NCBI GenBank assembly: GCA_016432425.1
Contig: CP066688.1
Span: 84,368-148,367, forward strand
Source: Candidatus Daviesbacteria bacterium
GTDB lineage: Bacteria > Patescibacteriota > Microgenomatia > Daviesbacterales > UBA10151
DNA: 64,000 bases
Direction of reading: 5' to 3'
The translations under genes were made by a program, and so were the position numbers. Shown piece by piece: positions 30,290-39,274 of this stretch (positions within the stretch are counted from its first letter, which is position 1; each line of letters begins with the position of its first letter). A model generated the notes under the pieces. It was not told the origin of the DNA, ran no database searches, and saw only the letters and a list, made by a program, of their open reading frames with translations.

Positions 30290-31059
30290 CTTGGATAACT
30301 TTTCTTTTTGCTTAAAGCGATATAACCAAATCCTAAATCAGTTTTTATAAACAAATCCATTATTTTAAACATGGGGTATAAAATTAATGGGCTGGTGACC
30401 AAAGATTTTAATCTGGGATCATACTCCTGCTGAATACTGCTTTCTTTAGTCTTAGCATCTTTACTTAAGTTCTTACTAAAAGATTTAATCAACCTGCCAG
30501 TCTTGGTTATTCTTCTTAAGATCCATAAAAAGGGGAAACCATAGCTCAAAATAGTCTCAACCAGAAATCCAGCTTTTTCCAGTTTTTCTTTTAATTCTTT
30601 TCTTTCGTACCTTCTAAAATGGCCTTTGATTTCATCCATCTTATCCCATTCTGACATGTGGGCTGGTATTGACATTAAAAAAGTTCCTCCCGGTTTTAAT
30701 AATTGATAGATTTTTTTCATAGCCAGCTGATCATTTTTTATATGTTCTAATGTTTCAAAACTAAAGATCACATCATATTTTTTATTAGATTTAAAGGTAA
30801 AAATATCAGCTTGTTTAATATTAATCCCCTTAGCCCCATTCAATTGACCTCGCGCTATCTTAACCGCCTCTTCTGAAATATCAATATAGTCTCCTTTAAA
30901 TCCCTGTTTCAGAAGATATTTAACAAATTCACCGTTTCCCGCCCCCACATCCAGAAAATAGCTATTTTTATCTAAAACTTGAGAAAATTTTTTATACAAA
31001 TAGTTTCTATATAAAAAGGTAGGGGTAGGTACCCACATAAATTTTTGGTCTCTTTTCAT
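30286..31059 (-). CDS. Class I SAM-dependent methyltransferase
   Basis: FLDVGAGNGEF...DVIFSFETLEHI...LKPGGTFLMS. Confidence 0.8.
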   Translation of the reverse strand: MKRDQKFMWVPTPTFLYRNYLYKKFSQVLDKNSYFLDVGAGNGEFVKYLLKQGFKGDYIDISEEAVKIARGQLNGAKGINIKQADIFTFKSNKKYDVIFSFETLEHIKNDQLAMKKIYQLLKPGGTFLMSIPAHMSEWDKMDEIKGHFRRYERKELKEKLEKAGFLVETILSYGFPFLWILRRITKTGRLIKSFSKNLSKDAKTKESSIQQEYDPRLKSLVTSPLILYPMFKIMDLFIKTDLGFGYIALSKKKSYPR

Positions 31060-31062
31060 AAT

Positions 31063-33180
31063 TTATTTTGTTTCCTTAACATCTGGCAAACTAAATACTT
31101 TTAAACTTTGTATATTAAACAAACAGGCATCAGACGGAGACAATTTTAGTCTAATATACCTAGCTCTTTCCCCTAAAAATGAATAGACAAATCTGCCATC
31201 CTTTGGTTGCTCACCGTACACCGCAATTTGACCGGTGGGCAATTTATCTCCCAGTTCTATCTCCTTGCTACCATCTAAAGAAATACTGACCACACCATAT
31301 TTTAAATCCTGGCAATTTACCAGATCGTAAGCGGAGCTTGAAATTCTCGTTATACTCGAATTATAAAAAGCTTCCAAATAGGATAAAGCAGCCGGTATCT
31401 TGAGGTCAATATCTATCATCCCGTTTAATCTTTTAACTGACACATCTTCTATTAGTTTTTGATTTTTAAATCCCTCTTTTGTATGCGCTGTATCGTTTTC
31501 CCAGATTTTTAAAATTGCTACTCCATCTACTTGTGTCTCATATACAGGATTAACTTGTTGTTCTAAATATTTATCATAATATGAACGGTTAATGACCCCA
31601 TCATAAGTCAAAGTCATGGCATAATCCCCTCTTCTTAAGGGGCCGCTTCTTCTGGAGTTATGAAATAATATATCGGGACGGACCCAAATTAAGGGAATAT
31701 TCGGCATTAGTTCATAGACAAAATCTGCTTCGGCATTTGGTGGCGCATTTTTATTAAGCCAGACTACTCCCTGTCTGTAAGCCGAACCAAAACTATTACC
31801 CCACGAAGGAATTTGTTTTTCCTTGGCCCCAGATAAACCTCCTGTTAAAAAATTAAAATAAACATTTTCATTGGGATGAATTTGAACCAACCTAATAACT
31901 ACTGGGATAAAGGCCAAAAGTATTAAGATACTAATTACCTTCTTATACCGCCATCGTGTTAAAAAAGAAGCGCCCAGCCCAGAAAGTATGGCTAGAGCCG
32001 GAATATATTCCATAATTTGCCTAACACCACCATAAATAGTAGCACCGGGCCAAATTACCCGCAGGATTGGTACTAACAACCATAACAATATTAAAAGAGA
32101 AACCTTATCTTTTTCCGATTTTATTTTAATCAAGGCAAAAATAAAACCAATCAGCGATAAAAGTAAAGTTAAAGGGGGAGTGGTAGATATTATCCATAGA
32201 AGCGGGTAAGTATTCGCTCCTAAAGGTCCTAAGAAATCACGGTTGACATTAACTGTTAAACCAATAGTTTTATAAAAATTAAAAACCCTCCATAAACCAT
32301 ATTCAAAATCCTGCCAAAGATAAGGCCAAGTTGCCAGAAAAATGACAAAACCCACAAGAGGAACTAAAAATAACGAAATCACAAACCGCCTATTAGAAGA
32401 AATCTTCAAAAAAGCATTAATTTTGTTTAAAATATTTTTTTTATATTCTATTGATTTACCAAGCGCCAATACCAAAAACCAAGGAGCAATAACTAAACTG
32501 GAAAATAGAATATTAAACTTGGTTCCAAGTCCTAAACCAAAAACTAATCCTGAAAATAAAATCCACTTTGCCTTTAAGATTTTAACCCCATACCAAATTA
32601 AAAAAAGAAACAACGACCAGTAAAAACTCTCCGGTATATCTTTTTCAGTGTTAAAGTGCATCTCCGAGAAAAAAAGCGGGTAGGTGATGAGTGAAAGTGC
32701 CGCCACAAAACCGGCAAATTTGCCATAAATTTTGCTAGTCCAAAAAAATACCAGTCCGACGAGCAATGAAGCTAGTAAAACTCCATAAACCCGGTAAGAA
32801 TCTACATCGTTAATTAAATGTAATTTTTGAAAAAGAATTAAATTAAATCCGGCACTTAAAATATCGCTAATGGGCGGGTGTCCATCTCCATCGATTTTCA
32901 TATAAGTCTCAAAAGTGACAGAATCATTCTGGTAATAACTTCTTTTAGTTATATCGGAGATATCTTTGTCTGCATCAATCCTTAGAGTCTCTGGATTTTG
33001 GTAATACTTTTGAAAAGAAGGCAGATCATTATAATCTTTTCTACCTGTTAAAAAATAATGCAGATAAGCTTGTCCTCTGGGTAAATGATTAATGGTATCC
33101 CAATTAATTCCATAATGAGGTAAGGTAACTAAACCCAATATAAAAACAAAAAGACAAATTAGTAGTGTTAATTTTTTCAC
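31063..33180 (-). CDS. GT-C (PMT_2-like) membrane glycosyltransferase, paralog of 26575..28599, with the loop-1 DE motif changed to DT
   Basis: YGINWDTINHLPRGQAY versus YGISWDEPEHLRRGQAY in the paralog. Conserved YGGVRQIMEYIP. Beta-rich C-terminal domain. Confidence 0.65.
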   Translation of the reverse strand: MKKLTLLICLFVFILGLVTLPHYGINWDTINHLPRGQAYLHYFLTGRKDYNDLPSFQKYYQNPETLRIDADKDISDITKRSYYQNDSVTFETYMKIDGDGHPPISDILSAGFNLILFQKLHLINDVDSYRVYGVLLASLLVGLVFFWTSKIYGKFAGFVAALSLITYPLFFSEMHFNTEKDIPESFYWSLFLFLIWYGVKILKAKWILFSGLVFGLGLGTKFNILFSSLVIAPWFLVLALGKSIEYKKNILNKINAFLKISSNRRFVISLFLVPLVGFVIFLATWPYLWQDFEYGLWRVFNFYKTIGLTVNVNRDFLGPLGANTYPLLWIISTTPPLTLLLSLIGFIFALIKIKSEKDKVSLLILLWLLVPILRVIWPGATIYGGVRQIMEYIPALAILSGLGASFLTRWRYKKVISILILLAFIPVVIRLVQIHPNENVYFNFLTGGLSGAKEKQIPSWGNSFGSAYRQGVVWLNKNAPPNAEADFVYELMPNIPLIWVRPDILFHNSRRSGPLRRGDYAMTLTYDGVINRSYYDKYLEQQVNPVYETQVDGVAILKIWENDTAHTKEGFKNQKLIEDVSVKRLNGMIDIDLKIPAALSYLEAFYNSSITRISSSAYDLVNCQDLKYGVVSISLDGSKEIELGDKLPTGQIAVYGEQPKDGRFVYSFLGERARYIRLKLSPSDACLFNIQSLKVFSLPDVKETK

Positions 33181-33181
33181 T

Positions 33182-34327
33182 TTAATTTAAGCTTTTAATT
33201 TCTTTAAGAAAATTATCTACTATCCTATTTAATTGAAAATCTTTAACTAAAACTTTTATTTTTTTGGCATTTTGCTTTTTTATTTTTTTACCATTTTCTA
33301 TCATTTTACTCATCATTTCAGACAACTGCAGGGGGTCTTCTCTATTGAAGATATACCCTAATTTGTTTTCCGGAATAAAGGTGGGCATATCCCCTACTGA
33401 AGAACCCACTATCGGTAAATTCGCTTGTAGTGCCTCTGTGATCACCAGCGGAAAACTCTCACTCCGGGAAGGAATTATTAAAGCATCGCAAGCTAATAAA
33501 TAGCCATTGACCAAATCTTGATCTTCAATATAACCTAAAAGCGAAACTACTTTTAAGTTTTCATCTCTTAATTTATACTTAAGCTGATCAAACATAGATC
33601 CACCACCTATCATAGAAACCGTAAAATCAGATCTTTTACTTGACAATATTTTTACTGCTTCTATTAATATATCAGGGCCTTTAACTGACTCTAGTCTGCC
33701 CAAAAACAAAAAGTTAAATTTATCTTGGGGAAGATTAATTTTTTTTGAGGCAGCTAATTTTAAGCTATTGGCAGTAGGCAAAAATTTTGCGTTTACTTTA
33801 CTGATATTTTTTATTCTGCTACAAATATCTAAACTATTACCAAATGCTTTATTGGTATTTTGTAAAACAGAGACAACCAGCATTTTGAGAAGAGGCAGCT
33901 TCCCATAAACGTAAATATCAGAACCCAAGGCCCAAGTTACATAGGGTGTTCCTAATTTATCCTTAGCACTCATGGCAAAAACACCTCCCGGAATATTCCA
34001 AAAACTTAAAACTGTATCAATTTGATTTTCTTTGATAAACTTTAATATTTCTCTGCGTCCAGTAAATAAAAGATTAGCTGTTAAAAGTAGGTCAAAAGGA
34101 TTCCACCATTTAGAATTGCCTAATTTTTGGTTTCCTCCCCACCAATTAAACCAGGTCACTGGTATATCTTGATAATCTTCTTTTTTGCCAGCATAATTCG
34201 GACAAAAAACAAAAACTTTTTCTACTTTTTTAGAAAGTTCGTGGGCAAAATGGTAGATGAAGTTGCCCGCGTCTTTGCTTTGTCCTTTATATAAAGGATA
34301 ATTATGAGTCACTATTCCTATTCTCAT
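33182..34327 (-). CDS. GT4 family (GT-B) glycosyltransferase
   Basis: C-terminal Glycos_transf_1 signature ...IIPSRSESFPLVITEALQANLPIV.... Confidence 0.8.
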   Translation of the reverse strand: MRIGIVTHNYPLYKGQSKDAGNFIYHFAHELSKKVEKVFVFCPNYAGKKEDYQDIPVTWFNWWGGNQKLGNSKWWNPFDLLLTANLLFTGRREILKFIKENQIDTVLSFWNIPGGVFAMSAKDKLGTPYVTWALGSDIYVYGKLPLLKMLVVSVLQNTNKAFGNSLDICSRIKNISKVNAKFLPTANSLKLAASKKINLPQDKFNFLFLGRLESVKGPDILIEAVKILSSKRSDFTVSMIGGGSMFDQLKYKLRDENLKVVSLLGYIEDQDLVNGYLLACDALIIPSRSESFPLVITEALQANLPIVGSSVGDMPTFIPENKLGYIFNREDPLQLSEMMSKMIENGKKIKKQNAKKIKVLVKDFQLNRIVDNFLKEIKSLN

Positions 34328-34328
34328 T

Positions 34329-35180
34329 TTAAGAGGCTGAGAGGGTTAATTTAAGACCTTCGTCGATGTTCATTTTGGGCTCCCAACCTAGTTTTCTTTT
34401 AGCTTGCGAAATATCTGCCAAAGTCTCAGGAATATCATTTGGTCTTTCCTCGTGCTTATCTATCAAAGATGCCTCATCTAATCCTGCGGCCTGTATTAAC
34501 TTTCTGGCAATTTCTGCTATTGAGTAACTTTCACCAGAACCGATATTTATAGCATCAAACCCTGTATTGCCCGCTTCCAAAGCTTTTAGATAGGCCGAAA
34601 CCACATCTGAAATATAAACAAAATCTCTTTTAGGCCTCCCGTCTAAAATAGTTACCTTCCCATCTCTTTTTAGTTCTCCTATCATTTGGGAGATAACCAT
34701 ATTTTCCGCCTGTCCCGGGCCATAAATATTAAAAAATCGCAGAGAAATAACAGGGATATCATATCTTCCAGAGTAGATTCTGCAAAGTGCCTCAGCACTT
34801 AATTTACTTAAACCATAGGGATTTTCTGCTGACAGTGGATGTTCCTCTGTAATGGGAAGTTTTTGGGGAATACCATATAAATAAGAAGCAGCAAAAATAA
34901 CTTTCGCTTTTACTTTCCGGGCAAATTCTAAAACATTTAAAGTCCCTAACAAATTAACCTTCAAAACTTCCTCTGGTTTTTCCCAAGACAAAGGCACATT
35001 AGCTATGGCAGCCAAATGGATAACAGTTGCGATATCAGAGGGTAAATTATCAAAATCTTGCTTTTTAGTAACATCTTTTCCTTGAGATAAATTAAACTCC
35101 ACAATATCTCTTCCCCTTAAACCTGCTGCTAAATGTTGACCAACAAAACCATGACTTCCAGTAATTAATATTTTCTCCAT
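34329..35180 (-). CDS. NAD-dependent epimerase/dehydratase (SDR) family protein
   Basis: ILITGSHGFVGQHL Rossmann motif and the catalytic YGLSK (YxxxK). Confidence 0.75.
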   Translation of the reverse strand: MEKILITGSHGFVGQHLAAGLRGRDIVEFNLSQGKDVTKKQDFDNLPSDIATVIHLAAIANVPLSWEKPEEVLKVNLLGTLNVLEFARKVKAKVIFAASYLYGIPQKLPITEEHPLSAENPYGLSKLSAEALCRIYSGRYDIPVISLRFFNIYGPGQAENMVISQMIGELKRDGKVTILDGRPKRDFVYISDVVSAYLKALEAGNTGFDAINIGSGESYSIAEIARKLIQAAGLDEASLIDKHEERPNDIPETLADISQAKRKLGWEPKMNIDEGLKLTLSAS

Positions 35181-35181
35181 T

Positions 35182-36183
35182 TTAGATGTTATAAATCTCC
35201 GGCTTATATTTATCTAAATTCTCGCGAATGTAGTCAATTGTCTCTCGAAGCCCCTCTTCAAAAGTAGTTTCTGGTTGCCAGTTAGTTAAATCAACTAAGT
35301 TTTTATTGGAACAAATCAATTTCCAAACTTCACTTTTTTCTGGCCTAATTCTTTCATCGTCTGTAATTACTTCTTTTTTTATATTAGTTAACTTACAAAT
35401 CATCTGATAAATTTCTTCGATACTGTAACCTTTACCCACTCCAATATTGAAAACTTTCCCTATAGTTTCGTCGGTGAGAGCAATTTTAATCATGGCTTTG
35501 GCGCTGTCTCTGGCAAAGGTATAATCCCTCACCGGTTTTAATGAACCAAGTTTAATTTTTTTAATTTTATCTGATAAGATTTGTGAAATTATTGTTGGTA
35601 TAACGGCTCTGGCTGATTGTCTGGGTCCAAAATTATTAAAAGGCCTGACTATGGTAACAGGCAGGCCAAATGATAAAAAGTAGCTCATGGCTGCCTTATC
35701 AGACCCGACCTTCGAAGCAGCATACGGGGATTGAGCTTGCTGGGGATGGTTTTCATCCATGGGTTCATAAAGGGCGGTCCCATAGACCTCACTGGTCGAG
35801 GTATTAAGAAAACGTTTCACTTTTGCTTTTCTGGCCGCTTCTAAAAGATTAACCGTTCCTAAAACATTTGTTTGAAAATAACTACTGGGTGCGATATACG
35901 AATAAGGTATGGCTATCAAAGCTGCCAGATGAAAAATAATTTCTTGATCCTCTAGAAGTCTTTCGCAAAAATGCGGGTCATTGATATCACCCAAAACCAC
36001 CTCAAGGTTTTTATGGGATTTTAAATTTTTAATATTTTCTAGAAGACCCCATTTACCTTCAGAATTGTAGTAAACCAAGGCTCGTACTTTAGCTCCTTGT
36101 TTTAGTAATTCTTCCACTAAGTGGCTGCCAATAAAACCATCAGCGCCGGTCACTAAACATCTAACGTTTTTAATATCTTTCAT
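35182..36183 (-). CDS. NAD-dependent NDP-sugar dehydratase/decarboxylase-like SDR (UXS/4,6-dehydratase-like)
   Basis: LVTGADGFIGSHL...NTSTSEVYG...YAASK. Confidence 0.75.
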   Translation of the reverse strand: MKDIKNVRCLVTGADGFIGSHLVEELLKQGAKVRALVYYNSEGKWGLLENIKNLKSHKNLEVVLGDINDPHFCERLLEDQEIIFHLAALIAIPYSYIAPSSYFQTNVLGTVNLLEAARKAKVKRFLNTSTSEVYGTALYEPMDENHPQQAQSPYAASKVGSDKAAMSYFLSFGLPVTIVRPFNNFGPRQSARAVIPTIISQILSDKIKKIKLGSLKPVRDYTFARDSAKAMIKIALTDETIGKVFNIGVGKGYSIEEIYQMICKLTNIKKEVITDDERIRPEKSEVWKLICSNKNLVDLTNWQPETTFEEGLRETIDYIRENLDKYKPEIYNI

Positions 36184-36268
36184 AAATAGAATTATATCTT
36201 GAATTTAACTTAAAGAGCAAGCGAGTAAGCTTATTTACTTTCAAAATCATGTATAATCTTTATACAAG
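36184..36268. promoter_or_regulatory. Divergent promoter region. Contains an extended -10-like TGTATAAT at 36250..36257, upstream of the ATG at 36269.
   Basis: Read directly from the sequence: an 85-nt AT-rich gap between a minus operon and a plus operon. The short distance to the ATG implies a near-leaderless transcript. Confidence 0.3.
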
Positions 36269-37027
36269 ATGAAAAACAGAAAATATCAATTAAATTATGC
36301 CGCTGACAGACCACAAATGTATGACCAAGCCTCCCGCATCAAAAAAGCAGAGAGAATAGTAAAACTTTTAGCAGATTTTTTTGGTAAAAATAATTTAAAA
36401 AATCTATCAGTACTTGATATTGGTGCTTCCAGTGGCATCATTGATCATTTCTTAGCCCAACATTTTAAAGAGGTAACCGGAGCAGATATCGATGAAAAAG
36501 CTATTAAATTTGCTAAAGAATCTTTTAAAAGAAAAAATCTTAAATTTGAAATTGCAGATGCTATGAATCTAAAATATAAAAACAACAGTTTTGATGTAGT
36601 CATCTGTACCCATGTTTATGAACATGTTCCCCATCCTAAAAAATTATTTACAGAAATCAGAAGGGTTTTAACTCCAAACGGAGTTTGTTATTTAGCAGCT
36701 GTCAATAAGTTATGGCCACTTGAGCCTCATTACGACTTACCTTTTTTATCGTGGTTACCCAAAAGCCTGGCGAATTATTATGTTAGATTTACAGGCAAAG
36801 CCAATCAATATTACGAAACTTTATTTTCTTATTGGACTCTTAAAAAACTTACGAAAGAATTTAATGTCTTTGAGTTTACCGATAAAATACTGCGTGAACC
36901 AACTAAATTTGGGTTTAATGATACTTTACCAGAAGAAGGAATTATTAGTTTAATAGTTAAAATATTATCTCCCTTGGGAAAATATTTTGCCCCAACTTTT
37001 TTTTGGGTACTTCAAAAAACAACATGA
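36269..37027 (+). CDS. Class I SAM-dependent methyltransferase
   Basis: VLDIGASSGI...DVVICTHVYEHV...LTPNGVCYLA. Confidence 0.8.
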   Translation: MKNRKYQLNYAADRPQMYDQASRIKKAERIVKLLADFFGKNNLKNLSVLDIGASSGIIDHFLAQHFKEVTGADIDEKAIKFAKESFKRKNLKFEIADAMNLKYKNNSFDVVICTHVYEHVPHPKKLFTEIRRVLTPNGVCYLAAVNKLWPLEPHYDLPFLSWLPKSLANYYVRFTGKANQYYETLFSYWTLKKLTKEFNVFEFTDKILREPTKFGFNDTLPEEGIISLIVKILSPLGKYFAPTFFWVLQKTT

Positions 37028-37827
37028 AAAAAGGAGTTCTTTGCATTTCCATTGATACAGAGCTTTTGTGGGGTAGATGGGATAAAAATTATCAGCCATT
37101 CATAGAACGTACTAAAAAAGAAAGAGCTGTTATCCGAAATCTTTTATCGCTTTTTAAAAAATATCAGATACCAGTAACCTGGGCAGTAGTGGGAAACTTA
37201 TTTTTAGAACAAAAAAATAAAGATGCAAAGCTTTGGTCAGGAAAAGATATTATTAAATTAATTCAAGAAAATAAAATACACGAAATAGCCTCTCATTCCT
37301 TTTCTCATATAGAATTTGACAAAGCTACCAAAGATGAAGCTGAAAGTGAAATATCAAAATCAGTTAAAATAGCCCGGGAGAATAATGTTAATCTTACTTC
37401 ATTTGTTTTTCCTAGAAATAAAACTGGTCACTTAAGATTACTTAAAAAATATGGTTTTAAATCATTCCGGGGGCCCGACAAAAGAATTTGGGAGTTGATT
37501 TCCCCAACTATTCCTCCAGTTTATGAACCATATATTCAGTCAGGATTAGTTGTGATACCTGGGTCGATGTATTTTGTTTCAACTAGAGGGATGAAAAAAT
37601 ATATACCTCCAAATTTACGGTTTTTAAAAGCAAAATTAGGGATAGAAAATGCTATTAAAAACAAAAAAGTTTTTCATCTTTGGACACATCCAATAGATTT
37701 GGTAGATAATAATAACCAGTTACTTTGTGAACTGGAAAAAATATTAATTTATGCAACAGAGAAAAAGACTCAAGGTCAGTTGGAAATAAAAAACATGGGG
37801 GAGATTGCACAAGATTTTAATAATTAA
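37024..37827 (+). CDS. Polysaccharide deacetylase (CE4/NodB-like) family protein
   Basis: ISIDTE (variant of motif 1) and HSFSH (motif 2, H-S/T-x-x-H). I chose the start at MKKGVL, giving an ATGA overlap with the upstream methyltransferase. Confidence 0.55.
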   Translation: MKKGVLCISIDTELLWGRWDKNYQPFIERTKKERAVIRNLLSLFKKYQIPVTWAVVGNLFLEQKNKDAKLWSGKDIIKLIQENKIHEIASHSFSHIEFDKATKDEAESEISKSVKIARENNVNLTSFVFPRNKTGHLRLLKKYGFKSFRGPDKRIWELISPTIPPVYEPYIQSGLVVIPGSMYFVSTRGMKKYIPPNLRFLKAKLGIENAIKNKKVFHLWTHPIDLVDNNNQLLCELEKILIYATEKKTQGQLEIKNMGEIAQDFNN

Positions 37828-38714
37828 TCTTTTAATCGAGCCAAAATATACAGACCTAAAAAAGACAGCGCCTCGGAAGAAAGTAACACTACCCTAAAAA
37901 TAATTGCTAACAAAGTTGCTGTTGGCAGTGGCATATAGAAAGAAAGTAAAAAAGCTAAAACCGCTTCCATGACCCCAAAACCGCCGGGAGCAAAAATTGA
38001 CAAATACCCTACCATCCAAGAAAAAGCATACATTCCTAAAACTGTTGGTAATTTAGTGATATCTAAGTTAGACAAGGCAAAAAGTGTTAAACCGGGAAAG
38101 ATAAAAGTGGAGGAAAAAGCTAAGGCCAAAAGGAACAAACGACTAGTAGGCAAATTTAAACTTTCGAGTGCCTGATATTCCGGTCTTTTTAATTTTTTAA
38201 GAACTTTACTGAATATATTTATAAGTTGGCGATTACCGAATGATAAGGGAACAAAAAATAGCAACAATATTAAAAGTGGTATCTGGAACTTTGATAATGC
38301 CTCATCTTGGGAAATAATAGTTAATATGCTTAAGGAGAAAATACCACCAACCCCTAAACTAAAAAGAAGCTCTAAAAGTATCGCCATCAAACTTTTTAAG
38401 TGAGAAACTTTTTGTTTGGTTAATAAAAAAATTCTACTCGGATATTGGAAGATTCCTCCCGGTAAAAATCTGGAAATATTAGAATACATCCAAATTTGAG
38501 CATCGGTCAACAAATCAATCTTAAAGTTTAACACTCTGGTTGTTGCATGCCAAGCCAAAATATTAAAGAGGTATATCGGGAGGGCAAAAAGTGTAACTAA
38601 TAGAAAATTAATACTTCCCCAAAAATTTACTAAATCATTTTTGTAATGAGAAATATTCCATAAAAGATATCCAAAAATTAATAAAACTATTAAAGCAGAG
38701 ATTTTCTTCACCAC
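37824..38714 (-). CDS. Flippase-like integral membrane protein (UPF0104 / LPG-synthase TM-domain family)
   Basis: 296 aa with about 8 TM helices. RFLPGGIFQYPSRIFLL and a C-terminal PGGFGVMEAVL motif typical of the family. Paralog of 45400..46335. Confidence 0.6.
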   Translation of the reverse strand: MVKKISALIVLLIFGYLLWNISHYKNDLVNFWGSINFLLVTLFALPIYLFNILAWHATTRVLNFKIDLLTDAQIWMYSNISRFLPGGIFQYPSRIFLLTKQKVSHLKSLMAILLELLFSLGVGGIFSLSILTIISQDEALSKFQIPLLILLLFFVPLSFGNRQLINIFSKVLKKLKRPEYQALESLNLPTSRLFLLALAFSSTFIFPGLTLFALSNLDITKLPTVLGMYAFSWMVGYLSIFAPGGFGVMEAVLAFLLSFYMPLPTATLLAIIFRVVLLSSEALSFLGLYILARLKD

Positions 38715-39236
38715 TCAAGTATTATTAAGTTTATCAGAGTAAATTTTAGTAGCAGCAACATCCTGATCTAACAATAGCCACCAGCCAGACTCCACCGGAA
38801 AATGGTCTCTTAAACCTTCCAAAATCTTCCGGTGTCTGTCAAAAAGGGCTGTCATGTCTTTTCTTTTTTCATTTAGATGATTGTTAATAATAAAATCAGT
38901 CAACACTCCCAAATAGCTGGTATATCTGCTGGTAGTATCCTCCAAGAGATAATCTTTATCAGTATAACTTTCTGAATTAATTACAAATTTTAGTTCAGCT
39001 AATCTTTTTTCAGTTAAGTTTTGATGGTAACTAACTTTGTCTTGATTGTTAAATTTTAAAAATAGTTGTAATTTCTCTGCGATTTTTTCAAAAAATCCTG
39101 CCACATGATTTACCTGTATGTTTATTGAAGAATTTCCCGATTCTTGTGCATATGCACTATTATTCAACACCAAGCCAAAAATAAAAATTATGGCAGTTAA
39201 AAAAATAAGCAAAAAATAACTTTTGATACTTCTCAT
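38715..39236 (-). CDS. Secreted hypothetical protein (signal peptide, alpha-helical)
   Basis: N-terminal hydrophobic segment ending in AYA-QE. No recognisable catalytic motif. Confidence 0.5.
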   Translation of the reverse strand: MRSIKSYFLLIFLTAIIFIFGLVLNNSAYAQESGNSSINIQVNHVAGFFEKIAEKLQLFLKFNNQDKVSYHQNLTEKRLAELKFVINSESYTDKDYLLEDTTSRYTSYLGVLTDFIINNHLNEKRKDMTALFDRHRKILEGLRDHFPVESGWWLLLDQDVAATKIYSDKLNNT

Positions 39237-39274
39237 TGATTGATTAATACCATTTTATTATACTTGCCCTACTG

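Noticed and set aside
26898-33503. Small plus-strand ORFs at 26898, 28688, 29796, 32342 and 33264
   Set aside because: All are antisense to the well-supported minus-strand genes GT-C, SGNH, GT-C and GT4.
36720-36953. 77-aa plus ORF
   Set aside because: Alternate frame inside the methyltransferase gene 36269..37027.
37969-38175. 68-aa plus ORF
   Set aside because: Antisense to the flippase-like gene.
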